Shown: one piece after another, positions 50,385 through 62,919 of the stretch
Layout: every line of letters starts with the position of its first letter
Position numbering within the stretch: the stretch's first letter is position 1
Origin: Pelomyxa schiedti
Lineage: Eukaryota; Protista; Evosea
Assembly: GCA_020536535.1 (NCBI GenBank)
Contig: JAHLWZ010000267.1
Location: forward strand, 17,153-81,152
DNA length: 64,000 nucleotides
Reading direction: 5' to 3'
The notes under the pieces: model-generated
The model's database searches: none
The model's input: only the letters and a program-made list of their open reading frames with translations
Told to the model about the DNA's origin: nothing
Position numbers and translations under genes: made by a program

Positions 50385-53300
50385 ATGAATAGTATTGTCG
50401 ATGCCTTCAATACCCATTTGACTGGTTGCGATAAATGCTTTGTGATGCATCATTCATTTTTGTATTTTGTTTGTGCAGGGAGCTCTTTAGTCAAATCCAA
50501 CATGTTTGGATCTCTAATTCCTGTTGATGAGTTTCTTTTGGTTCACAAGAACAATGTACCAGAGTTGGCCTGTAACCGAGGAGCTCCAGTCAGAAAAATC
50601 GCATGTGCCAGTCCTGCTCCATCAAATTAACAAACTTAAGATATCTCCTGGGGACAACATTGAAGAAGTGGGGAGATATAAGGTCATTATTCCTGCCCAG
50701 ATTTCATTTAGTCTTATTTTGTTTCTAGCAAACGTCTACCTGGTTTGGAGCCCATGGCATTTATGTTGTAAATGTACCTGTGGGGGATTATGGTCTAAGT
50801 TGGAGTGGCATAACGCCCTTACTTTTGGTATGCCTCTTACAGAAATTCACCTTATTCAACGCACAAGGGGGAAGGTTGCCACGTTCTCCATGATCCAAAT
50901 TTTCGTTTTGAAAGACTTCAACCTGTAAACACTCCTTACTTCAACCACGGAACACTCCACTTCTTGCGAGTTCCAATGGGGATGCTGGCTAAGGTTTTTC
51001 ATCTCTTTCAGAAAATATCTTCATTACTCGGCCTGAAGGTGTGGCATGGATCAGAAGCACTTATTCTTGAAGGAAGAATGCAGCCGTACATCTTCAATAC
51101 ACCACTCTTCAAGCTTGACACCCATGGCCTGCCAAAGGGAATTGTGTTCTTCAACGCCTCTGAGAAACTTGTGGTTCATAGCAACCTAAAGAGAATCATG
51201 CCTCATACTGGTGAAGTTGCTGTTACATACAACAATGGACAGTTAGCAATTTTTGAGCAATCTCCTACTGGAACAGTAACCTACTCAACCAAGTTCCCCT
51301 TTTCACCAATTGTAGCCAATTATAATTTCCAGTGCGACCCACATAGTCGATGGATTCTTATCTGTAAATACGGAGGTTACCAACAACCGCACCCTTTTCT
51401 CCTCTAAAGGATAGAAGACACTCATTTTTCCAAGCTCGTCAACTCAAAAGGCTAGGAAAAAAGAAAATCCCAAAGACAAGAATTACAAATATGAGGTTTC
51501 AGCTCAAACTTTACAATACCAAACTAATGGCTGTTTAGGTATTCCGTACCAAAGATGGTATGCCCGTTGGTCTCCAGATTTTGGCTGTGTACAATATAGC
51601 TGACCCCCACCTGACTTTAACGAGGCTTCAAAAGGGTCAAGTGGTTGCCCATATTGGTTAGTGTTCTCTACTCTAAAGTTTGTGACCGTATCTAGAGAGT
51701 GTAGTTGTAGCAGATATGGGAGTTGCCATCCAATCTTGTGCCTGCCACGATTTACAGAATACTGATCTCTCCAAAACATCGGAAAGAAATTTCTTGAAGT
51801 ACTTCCAAGACTCAGTCCGACAAAAGCTTAAGCATGACCTTCAAGTTGTTCCCTATGTCTTTTTGCCAAAGTAACATGCTTAGGAATATGGAATTGCTTT
51901 ATTGCGACTCAATATTGAAACACCTAAGGTATATTATTTCTCTTCATTGACCTCATTGATCATAGATTCTTGATGAAACTGTTGCAAGCCAAGTGGCGAA
52001 GATGGCTCTTATCACAGCTCAGGCTGATGCACAAGCTTCCGCACAGAGTAAGCAACTCTTGATAACACAATCACGGGCCGCACAGCAAGCTGAGCAGGAA
52101 CGCATTGAAGTGAGTTGTACCACACTCCTCCTTAGAAATAATTAACGAACTTTTTCACCCTGGCAGCAAGAAAGGTGTAATAAGGTACCCACAAGCTCTG
52201 AAATATCCTGGAAATTCAATTTCAATTTGAACAGAATATTGTGGATCAAGCGAGGGCTGAAGCTATCTCACGTCAATTCACACAGGCGGCAACCCTGGAA
52301 TCAGCAAGAATGGAAGCAGAGGCTGTACGCATAAAGTACTTTTTTTTTGTATGGTACCCAGGGCATTTATGAATAAGGATTCTATTGTTAGGGCATCAGC
52401 TGAAGCTGACGCGTCAAAGCTGTTAACCTGTGCTCAAGAAAAAGAAGCGGAGATGATATATAAATATGCAGTATATTCAAAGCTAAGACAAGCTGAGATG
52501 CTTGCCGACTCCCTTTCCAGAATTCCAACTTGCATTGTCCCAGACAATAGTATTTTCGCACCCCCACCAGCTGATCCACATACAAGTGAGGTTGTAATGG
52601 ATATATTTTGCGATGCCGATGGTGATGAGAACAGAGAGATCCAATGTGATCTCTGTCACACCTATCTTTTTGAGAACCTAACAACAGTATCAAAGTTTTC
52701 AACACCTGATTTTTCATCTTCCTCAACTCCAACTCCCATTGTCCACACAGCAGCATTTTCAACAGAAATTACTTTGGACCCTCCAAAACTACCGGTTCGT
52801 CAAGTTGATATTACACCAGAGGCAGCATTACTCCAAATAACGAAAGGAAATGCAAGATTTGTTTCAGGAGCTCTGTCAACAAAAGACTTTATTGCAATAC
52901 GTGAAGCTCTCTCAGGTGGCCAGCATCCCTATGCAGCTGTAGTAACTTGCACTGATTCGAGGGTTTGTCCAGGTAATCTAATTCCATTCAACATTTTTAA
53001 CCGGAAAAGAAATGATCTTTGATACGAACCTCGGAGACTTATTTGTGATAAGAACAGCAGGGAATGTTGTTCGCGATGTAGAACTTGGAAGTTTAGAGTA
53101 TGCGGTAACCCATGTGCGCGTTCCTCTGGTCATCGTCCTTGGGCATACAAAATGTGGTGCTATACAGGCTACATGCTCACAGGTTCTAAACGAATCCTCA
53201 TTCTTCGCCACACCAATCTCTCACAACTTTTACAGTTGAAAACGGACAAGAGGCACAAAAAATGCAAATTTGACAGTGTAATGGAAGAAATAATGCCCTC

Positions 53301-53516
53301 TGCCAAGTTGTCCCATAGTGACCTAGACCGCACGACCGTACATCACGTCACTGTCACAGCCAGAAAAGTACAGACATCTTGCCAATTGGCTCACAAAGCA
53401 ATAACTTGACACAGGTACGTGACAACGCAGTCATCAGGAAGGCGTTCCTGTCCGGCCGCGTCGCCGTTGTTCCCATGGTCTACAACATAACCTCAGGTCA
53501 TGCCACCCGTATATAG
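50385..53516 (+). CDS. SPFH/band-7 domain protein fused to C-terminal beta-class carbonic anhydrase
   Basis: SPFH pieces: GEVAVTYNNGQL; VFRTKDGMPVGLQILAVYNIADP; EYGIALLRLNIETPK; Ala/Glu coiled coil. Beta-CA: LLQITKGNARF, GGQHPYAAVVTCTDSRV, GDLFVIRTAGNV, GSLEYAV, VLGHTKCGA, MVYNITSGH. ORF 52351-53022 itself spans the coil-to-CA junction. Confidence 0.8.
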
Positions 53517-53657
53517 TATGTACAAATTATACAAAGAAGACAGTGCACCCATCTATCAACTCACCGCACCTTCCAAAAAAAATATAAAAAAAAAAAAAAC
53601 AAACCAAATCTGTTAATCGAAACCACCCACGCACCCATCACCAACACCCACCCTTTA

Positions 53658-56075
53658 ATGGGGGACGAAACACCAGGAGGTATCGACAGTACCCTCAAGT
53701 TCCTACTTAAAATGCCCAAGCCCGGCAGTGCGGCGCCAGTACCGTCCAACACCCCCCCGCTTCCAACAACCACCCTACTTCGAGGGCAACAACAACCGCC
53801 ACCACAGCAACCGCAGACACAATCAAAGACCACAAGCAGCAGCAGCAGCACACACGTAGGTTTGCAACACCGTGCCTCTTACTACGACGACGACTAGTGT
53901 TTGTGGTTGTTGGGTTGTAGGGTTGTTGTTGTTGATGTTCAGTGGTTACAACGCACAGTAGGGGCGGGGACCAGCACCAGCACCGGCGCGGGCACTGGCA
54001 CCGCAGGGGCAGGGGCTGGGGAGGAGCAGGGGAGGGGGAGCGTGACAGCCGGGGGGCTGAAGATAAAAGTACGGCTGGGCAAGTGGCCACCGCTTTCTCT
54101 GGTGCCTAGGCCGCTTGGTCCTTTACTCAGCTGTGCTGTGTCAAAGGTAGGCTTTTTGGTTTTGGATGGTGTTTTTGGTGTTTTTGTTTTTGTTTGGGAT
54201 TGTTGGGTTGGATTGTTGGTTGTCAGGAGGGAGTTGTGCCTAAGTACAGCGGAAAAGGAAGCTGTTTTGGAAAAATGGGCACCTGCAGAGATGGCATCCC
54301 TGAAAGATGAACTGTCACAGATGTCCTTGAAATTAAAGTAACAATCACTCCCCAAGAAACTGCCTGGGTTCCAATACTTATCTCCAACAGTGAAATACTT
54401 CAAACTTTGGCCAAACATCCACTATGTAATTCCTCTCTCATAGTTTGCTGCTAAAATATCTCAGGGGCGATTCTTAAACTGCCAGATGTGGTCTGTGGAA
54501 CAATGTATCTTTTATTTATTACTAACTGCGCTTAAGAATAGTACAAGTATTAGTAGTGAAGTCCCACCCGTAGCGGAGGAACAAGGTGATGAATCACATG
54601 GTACAACAACATTCCCTACTTTCACATGTTTTCCTCACAACCTTGACAGATTATGAAGACTATGACGAGGATTATCTAAGTGAAAGTGGAGATGAAAAGT
54701 TTGATAGTGAATCTCACTCGGGTGCTTTCCAGCAGCTCTCACCAACAAAGGGCGGAAAGAAGAAGGGGAAAACAAAAAGTAAGCAAAAACAAAAAACTGA
54801 TGTGCGACCTTCCTTGAGAAAGAGAAGAAAACGCAAAACGTACGGCGACCTCAGGTTTAAGTCCTTTTATTTGTGTAGTGCACAAACAAGAGTTTAGTGA
54901 TGATGACAGAGATAATGCCCCACAAGCGTATACTGTAACTTCATTCTGGGCTGCTATGGAACAGTACCTTCGCCCACTCTCTGAGAAGGACCTTGACTTC
55001 TTTACCCCAAGAGTATGCTTTAACAGACAATAACTACATCTATGACCATAGCAACAAATAGGAAGATGATATAAAAGCTGATCTCCCACCCCTTGGAGTA
55101 CATTACTCGATTTCCTGGTCACAAGACGATGATACTTTCCGCCCTGGTAATAACTCTACCACATTTTTTTTTCCTTTTTAAGAATTTCTCCAAGGACCCG
55201 GAGGCTCTTCCACGAGTACAGCACCACATGCTACTCGTCACGCAACACGCCTGGCCACCTCGAAATCATGTACATCTCTTCACGAACCTATGTATGGGAT
55301 TTCTAGTCCAGTGGGAAGTTCCCCATCCAGCAGCTTAGGCGGTGGTTCACTGAGCACTGTTGGTTTTACGTTTGGAGAACAAGACTCGGAGTCACCTTCA
55401 CTTGGAGACATCACCCAAAGGCTTTTGGCCGCCATGATAACGACTGATACCAAAATGGACCCACCAAAATCTATTGACAGTCTTGAAACACCAAAACCTT
55501 TGGATGCAAGGTGGCTATGTACTTCCACCTGTTGTCTTGCTTAACCTTGCCTTTCCCAGCTTGTTTACTGGGGCACCTATTCTGGAAGATAAAGTGAAAA
55601 CCGAATTAAAGAGTATCGGATTTCTTGATCCCCATTTCTCTCAAGTTGCATGTAAAACAACTTTAATAACTCACTAACTTTGAAAAGCTGGAAGTGTCTG
55701 GTAGGGAGGATGATGAAGTAAGTGAAAGCATTCGTGCTCGACTTGTACTTCTCCGTGAACAAAGAGAGAAGAACAACAAACTGAAGGCTGCCTACTTCTC
55801 CAACGTTAAAACCATGGTTAGTGTATTCGCACAATACCTTGTAAATTGATGATATGCAAGTAACCAACAAAACACCAGGTCCAACAACACAGAGGATTCC
55901 AGGAAAGATACCAGCAAGTACAAAACCTAGATGATGAATTCAAAAAATTCATAGCGGTGTGCTTCCGTGAACCAACACCACAACTTTTCTCCTTCACTAA
56001 CAACAAACACAACAGAAACAAAACCGAAAAAGAAGAAAAGCAGCAGCGTTGGCCAAAGAACCACTCGGCGAGTAG
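53658..56075 (+). CDS. ADA3: Transcriptional adaptor ADA3 (SAGA/ADA histone acetyltransferase subunit)
   Basis: Ada3-domain motifs in order: DNAPQAYTVTSFWAAMEQYLRPL; LGDITQRLLAAMI; LEDKVKTELKSIG; DDEVSESIRARL. These match the TADA3 NAPNRFW / GALTQRLLQAL / LESRIKEEL / DDEV pattern as recalled. End approximate. Confidence 0.75.
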
Positions 56076-56204
56076 AAAGGAAGTTCTAAAATCCTTTGGC
56101 CCTCGGCGTTCTAATTTGGTTCTAATTGTGCCGAACAAATTTGATTTGCTTTTCAATTGGTTTTTTGTCAAAAGCAATCCTTTGCCGAACAGAACTAGGC
56201 GCCG

Positions 56205-59200
56205 ATGGCCGCACGAGAGCGAGATCCACAGAAACTACCGGCCAGAGAAGATGCGCTTTTTAAATCGCTTTGCGTGAGTAATTTATCTTTGCGCGGTGGT
56301 AGCGAGAAACGACGGTTCGCGACTGTTGTCTAATTTTCTTTTCCGGTTTTTTCCACTCTTTTTGGTGTGTTTTGCGTTGTAGAAACACTACGAAGCAAAG
56401 GCGTACAAGAAGGCACTGAAGGCTGCTGACCAGATTTTGGAAGGGTTTCCTACCCATGGAGGTTCGTTGTGTTCTTTTTTCTCCCTGCTTCTTGTAAAAG
56501 CGAGCAGAAACACTTGCCATGAAGGGGCTCGTGCTCAGTTGTGATGGCAAAAAAACGGAAGGACTCGAGCTGATTAAGCTTGGTCTCAAGAACAACATGT
56601 CCAGTCACGTCTGTATCCAAATAGAAAAAACCCCTTTTCTTTCAGTATCTTGTGTTCTCCTTCACTCCCTTTTACCTTACAGCATGGCATGTCTATGGCC
56701 TTTATCATAGAGCAGAACATAACTACGCTGATGCAATTAAATGCTATCAGAATGCTTTGAAACATGATAAAGTATAGCCCTTCTCCCGGTATTAACTAAA
56801 TAATCAAAAGGACAATCTTACAATTTTGCGGGATTTGAGCTTATTACAAATCCACTTGCGGGACCGAGATGGTTTTGTGGTACATAGGTCCCAACATTCT
56901 GTTCCTATGGTAATTGGATTTAGGAAACACGACAACATCTTTTCCAACTGCGTCCAACACATCTTAATAACTGGATCGGCTATGTTGTAGCTCTACACCT
57001 TCAAGGCTCATTGCCTTTGGCCATTCAATCAATGGAAAGATATCTCGAAATTCTTAATGTAATACTGTCTTCCTCGAGATTATTTTTGAATAAACCTTGT
57101 GCACGTGCAGAAACCAGAGAAACCTGACTACGAATACTCTGAGCAGCTTCTCTATTACATAATGCTAATGGAGGAAGCAGGAATGGAGGGACAAGCCCTG
57201 GATTACCTCGAAAAAATGGAAATGGTAAAAACCTTTGAGAAACTTGCATATTCTATTTTGGACTGAGTGTTGTAATAGCAAATTGTTGACAAGCTGGATA
57301 TTCAACAGATAAGAGGCCGCCTTTTGCTTAAAGTGAACAAAGCAAAAGCAAGAGATCAATACCAAAAATTACTTGGTTTCTATCTTCCCATTCCAGGCCA
57401 ACAACTTTGCTCAACACAAATCAGAAATAAATCCAGAGAATAAAGATTATCACAATGGTCTCATGGCAGCATATGACTTCACCAGCACTCCAAGTGAAAC
57501 ATTTTTTTGAATGTGTGTGTCCTCACTTCTTAAAGGTACGGAAGAAGAAAAACACCAACAAATGGCTTCTTTTGATGAAGTGTACACTGCAATTGAGAAA
57601 AAGTTCCCTTCTAGCCATCTATGCAAACAGCTACACCTTACTGGCCCTCTCGAACGTATTACTATTAACCCCCTTGCCTCTGTTTCACCACTCTACAGTT
57701 ACTAGGTTCATGGTCTTGTTAGACGCCTTTTTCCGCAACCTTCTTCGAAGAGGAACCCCTACTCTCTTTACTTTAATAAAACCTGTGTACCGTGATGCGT
57801 CCAAAGTAAGACTCTTTCTTCTTAACCTGCCACTCATTGGGGTTTCTTTGTCTGTTTTTCTATGTAGATACCGCACATTGAAGAACTTCTTATGTCGTAT
57901 GTGAAAAGTTTTGAGTCATCTCACACTTTCCCCAACGACTCTGGCACCATCGATACACCAGTTACAATGTTGTGGCTGTATCTTCTTGTTGCTCAGCACT
58001 ATAGCTGTCTGGGACAACAGGAAAATGCACTTAGTTTTGTGGACCGTGCAATCCAACACACTCCAACCTCAATCGACGCTCGTGCATGTAAAGCCAGAAT
58101 TCTTCGAGTAAGAATCTTTAGCCATTTTCTATTTCAAATGACTTTTAGCGCAATCTAAAGGTCACCACATCGTAGCGTGCAGGTAACATTCAGGAGGCAG
58201 CTGATGTGTATGATGGAGCAAGACGTCTCGACTATGCCGATCGTTATCTTAACACAAGAGCTACCAAATACCTTCTTCGTGCTGACCGATCAACTATAGC
58301 CATCGCCACTATAGCACTGTTCTTAAAGGTCACATTTTGTCGCTTATCCCTTCAATGTGACGTTGGGTAAGGAAGGGGAAAATACCTTGGCTACATTGAC
58401 TGATATGCAGTGCATGTGGTTTGAAAACGAGTTGTCTAAGTACTTCAGTTGTCTTTCCCTTCGAAATTTCATGCATGGTTAGGTGCTATGTTCGCCTTGG
58501 ACAAAATTCCCGGGCATTGAAAAATCTTGTTGCTACCATGAAGCATTTCGATGATTACATTGAGGACCAATTTGATTTCCATTACTATTGTTTCCGAAAG
58601 ATGACTGTGAGAGCTTATCTGGGACTCATGAGATTTGTGGATTCTGTTTACAAGAACAAGTTCTATGTGGATGCAGGTCTGACGCTTGTTAAGGTAAATA
58701 CGACACTTGCATAGTTCTTTTCTTATTCTATGGTAGATTTATTTGGCGATACATAAAAACCCTGCTTTGAAGACCCCTTCTCCTGCAATTTCTACCACCA
58801 CTTCTTCGTCAGCAACCACCGCTTCTGACAAAGCAACCCCTGCCAAGGTCAAGTCAAAGAAGTCTGAGCCAGAAAAAAAAGGTTGGTTGAAATTACTGTA
58901 AGCCCACTTACTTTTTTAGATGCCTCTAAAAAAAAAGGGAAGACACCTTCAAAACCTGCAGTTGTCGATCCCGATCCTGAGGGCATTACCCTACTTTCTG
59001 TATGCTGTTGACTGTCAAGGAGTTCTCTTATTATTTTCAGGGAGTCACTGCCCCCCTTGGTGAAGCAATGAAAATTTTGAATAATTTGAATTCATTCTCC
59101 GCCAACGTGCTTGATGTTCATACTGTAGGATTTGAGGTTTTCATGCTTGCAGGTTTTTACGTATTCCTTTTGTTACGCAGCTGAATCACTATTCTACAGA

Positions 59201-59833
59201 GAAGTATTTGATGGCGTTGCGTGCCATCAACCAGGCAGCTGCAGTTACCTCTTATTCACACCCAGCAGTCCACAAAATGGCCATGGAATTCTTCCACACA
59301 GGTACACCCAAGTACTCTCAATTATTGCTCACACTTTAAAGTTGACCCTAAGATGTCCACATTGCCACCCCAAGTCACCCAGGTCATTGAAACACAAAGA
59401 GCACTGATCATCCCCGCAAATACCACACTTCCCCAAGTCAACGCAACCTTTATTGCAAATGCGGGACATAATTCTGTTGCCCATGCCACTTCGGCACTCC
59501 AATGTGCGTTCCTCCTGGACCCACCCTCAGTCACTACAGCAGTAGCACTTTTTGACAGTGTTTCCCTTAAACAATCAGACTACACCAGCATCAAGGTACA
59601 AAGGTGTTGCTTCATGCTGTATTAACTTGTTTCAAAAGGATTGCATTGAAGCTGTGGAAGTGCTAAAGTCACTCCAGCTTACCGAGGCAGCAGAGAAACT
59701 TATGACACGGTGTAACACACTAATGCCATTGGCAACATCTTTCCAAAGACCCATACAGCCCCCAGTTCCAGTAGCAGCCGTAGCACCAGAACCAACCTCC
59801 ACCACTCCAGTGGTGGGTGAAAAGTCCTCCTAG
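56205..59833 (+). CDS. NAA15: N-terminal acetyltransferase A auxiliary subunit (NAA15/Nat1)
   Basis: [12 protein letters not shown]; [28 protein letters not shown]; SHVCWHVYGL; [10 protein letters not shown]; DYADRYLN; DMQCMWFE; [25 protein letters not shown]. Confidence 0.93.
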
Positions 59834-59899
59834 ATACACCGCACCCTAACAAAAATCGATTGTGACTTGCTAGTCACAAATACTTCCTTTCCAACCTCT

Positions 59900-61160
59900 C
59901 TTTACTTAATTTCCCAAATCAATACACAGTGGAAGCACGTAGGTGCTTACAAAGTTGTTGAGAGTGAGTACTGCCTCGCACGTCACCACGCGTTCTATGT
60001 CCTGTGCTCTTGGGAAAAGCTCACAGTATTTGCTTGTGTTTGTCGCCACAACACTATCCAAAACAACTTGCCAAGGCTCCTGTTCATTTGGTTATGTGTT
60101 GTGCATGTTGTTGTGTGCATACGCTCGCTGTACTTCTCTCTGTGTGTAGTTGGGTGAGTTCTGTTCCAAGTTCCAACATTTTCACTACACACGAGGAAAC
60201 CTAAGAAGGGGAGAGCAAATTGAGTGAAATTGTTGAGTACAAGAGCACCTACTAGGGAGGGGTAGTCATTGTTTGTTGTGTTGGTGGTTTGCTCGCCATT
60301 CTCAGGCAACTGAAATTGTTGTTTGGGTGATATGGGAGAAGCTACTACACCCCACTTTGGGAAGTTCCTTGACGAAACACCCTCCGCAATCTCGAGGATG
60401 CGAGGATTGCGGAAAACAAGGGCCGGAGTTTCGGAAGTGGTGGCAAGGGTGTGGAGAAAGTCTGTGACTTCGCAGTGATGTGCCTAGAATCCCACCTTAA
60501 AATGTGGTGATGATTAAACGTGGAGGAGTTATTGGCACCTCGATCGTGCATATTGCGTACTGCTGCAGTATCAGGCAAATTCCAGTAACTGCTGCAGTGG
60601 ATTCAGGATACTTGGCCCAGAAGTCTTCATACCACTCTATAGCAATCAGTACCATGTCTAACAAAGAAAAGAAAAACTTACTATCTATCTGCTTCTTTGT
60701 TGTACCGTTTTGTACAAACTCGGATACAAAACAAACTCTGCTGATTCGTTGCTGATATCAATCCCCCAAGAAAAAAAACATTATAACAAAAACAAACAAA
60801 AAAAAAGCACCAAAACCAAATGGAAACAAAAAGCAGCATACACGATTAGCAGTCTGGTAGTAGTCACGAGTCATATCCCATAATGTCTTACGCGACGGTG
60901 GTGTCATTAACGGGGTTGGGCTGGGACTTGGCCCACTGGCCAAATCCGAATCTGGAGACCAACTGACTGAAACAACCCCAGGTTCACCAGAGGCACCATC
61001 GCCCTTGTCCTTGGCTGCAGTGCCACCACTTTCACGCTCAGTTCTACTCTGTTCAAAATGAACGCGAGTAGTGCGGCCAAGTGGCTGTAATGTCTTACTT
61101 ATGGGTGCAGCGGTTGTGCTGCTTGTCACGGCAGTTGTTGAGGTCCTCGTTCTCAGCATT
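59900..61160 (-). CDS. Hypothetical multi-exon protein
   Basis: Exon MLRTRTSTT...RDYYQTANR followed by spliceable exons (DMVLIAIEWYEDFWAKYPESTAAVTGICLILQQYAICTIE; AHHCEVTDFLHTLATT). Boundaries approximate. Confidence 0.45.
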
Positions 61161-61385
61161 ACACAAGCCAAAACGAACTGGCTGAATAAAAGAAACACCA
61201 GTTGGCTGAATAAAAAAAACACCAGACCGCCGGATCCTGAGCGACGATAACGAAAATGACAGCGTTCCGGTCCGTTGATTATTTTATTCCGCCAGTTCGA
61301 AACCAAAAAAAAACCATGCGCCTTGATTACGTGTGTGGAGAAAGGGGCACTTCCAGCCCACGGTGCCCAATTAAAAAAGAACAAA

Positions 61386-62870
61386 ATGGCAGAACATAGG
61401 CGCCCGCAACCACCAAAACCGAAAAAGCCCAGGAAAAACCCTGACCGAGAGTGCGAGTCCCACAATGTCGCCGAAGACGAGACTCTTACGCCCCCTTTTT
61501 CTCTGCTCTCGTCGCCCGCGTCGCCATCGGAGCTCCCAACAGGCATGTCCTCTTCGTCCTCATGGCAGCTGCGGGACCAGTTCGTTTCCCTGCTGTTGTC
61601 CGCGCACCCCCGCTGCGGCAGCAGTTGCAAACCCCTCCGTTGCTCTTCTTCTACACGTCATGGCGACGTCACGTCCAAATCGCACCAGCAACTGCGGCGC
61701 CGATGGTTCAACAACAGGCAATTCCAGCAGGGCGCCAAGGTGGTTTGGGAATGGCTTGTGTACTCGCCGACGTGGATGTTCCGCATGCGGTTCCAGCGCG
61801 AGAGCCTGGTCACCTTCCGCTTCTTGCCACTTATGGGATCTCTCGTTGGGGGTGTCAAGTGCTGGAGGGACGAGAGGCCCAAGTGCAAAGTTGTGTGTGT
61901 CAACGACACCAACGTCCTCTGTGAGTACAAACCAAACGACACCGAGATCTGCTTTGACCTCGTCAGCATCGAGACCAGGAAGAGGCTGATCTCGTGGAAG
62001 ACAAAGGCCACTTACTTCACCAATGGGAAGTGGTTGGTGATGGCACCACACGAGGGCCGGGACATCGAAGTGACGCCCCTTTGGCAGGATCCACAGCAGC
62101 AGCTGCGTTTCGACGAAGATGGTGACGTCACGCGCGCAATTGCAGGCACCCCCCGCGGCCTGGTGACGTCACTTTGCTGCTCCCAGGCCTTCCTCTGGTT
62201 CAACAGGTCTGTTCTTGATGAAGCCGTGATTGTCACGTTTCAGAGGCGCTCGGATTTCAGCTGTTGGATACGATTTCGGCTTGTTGATGTGGCACAGTTA
62301 TGGTCAACAAGGAAATTCACTGAACTGAGCAGAACCAAGACTGACTTGAACTCAAACATCGCTATTGATTTTCAAACTTTCTGCACAAGAGTATATGCTG
62401 GGTTGGTTCTCACAAAACACACTGGTGACCACTGTTTTATCCTTCTCATACGCACTCTGATATATGGAAATCTTGGGAAGTATATTGTTGAAGTTGAAGA
62501 AAGAACCGGCAAGCAAAGAGTACTGGCCAAGTTTGATAATAATAGGGTTGGGCATTCTATTTACCAAATGACTGGTTCATTGTATTGCATTCAATGCATG
62601 GAAGAGACTGAAAAGTGGTGGAAATTAATGGATTGCAACTCTGTAAACAAGCTGGCGGCACTGAGGGTTGGCGCTATCCCATCGGGCTGTGCAGATTTCA
62701 TTGCTGAGGGTGGGCTCCTCTTCACTTCCAGACCTGCAACTGATGGCATTTATTCCGTTGAGGTGACTAGAAGTTCTAACAGCCAGTCAATGCAAAACGA
62801 ACTTCTTTTACTCATCAAGTACACTGAGGCTACTGCTTTGAAACCGTCTTCTTTTCTTCTGCATTGGTAA
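61386..62870 (+). CDS. Intronless hypothetical protein (~494 aa), likely a lineage-specific expanded family
   Basis: Long uninterrupted ORF from an AAAATG start; N-terminal QLRDQFVSLLLSAHPRCG motif; beta-rich remainder. Confidence 0.75.
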   Translation: MAEHRRPQPPKPKKPRKNPDRECESHNVAEDETLTPPFSLLSSPASPSELPTGMSSSSSWQLRDQFVSLLLSAHPRCGSSCKPLRCSSSTRHGDVTSKSHQQLRRRWFNNRQFQQGAKVVWEWLVYSPTWMFRMRFQRESLVTFRFLPLMGSLVGGVKCWRDERPKCKVVCVNDTNVLCEYKPNDTEICFDLVSIETRKRLISWKTKATYFTNGKWLVMAPHEGRDIEVTPLWQDPQQQLRFDEDGDVTRAIAGTPRGLVTSLCCSQAFLWFNRSVLDEAVIVTFQRRSDFSCWIRFRLVDVAQLWSTRKFTELSRTKTDLNSNIAIDFQTFCTRVYAGLVLTKHTGDHCFILLIRTLIYGNLGKYIVEVEERTGKQRVLAKFDNNRVGHSIYQMTGSLYCIQCMEETEKWWKLMDCNSVNKLAALRVGAIPSGCADFIAEGGLLFTSRPATDGIYSVEVTRSSNSQSMQNELLLLIKYTEATALKPSSFLLHW

Positions 62871-62919
62871 TAATAAGAGAATCCTCCTGTATTTCTATCG
62901 ACGCAAGAACTTTTTTTTA

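Noticed and set aside
55280-56177. Hydrophobic minus-strand ORFs as a membrane protein
   Set aside because: They are antisense shadows of the K/Q/N-rich ADA3 exons on the plus strand.
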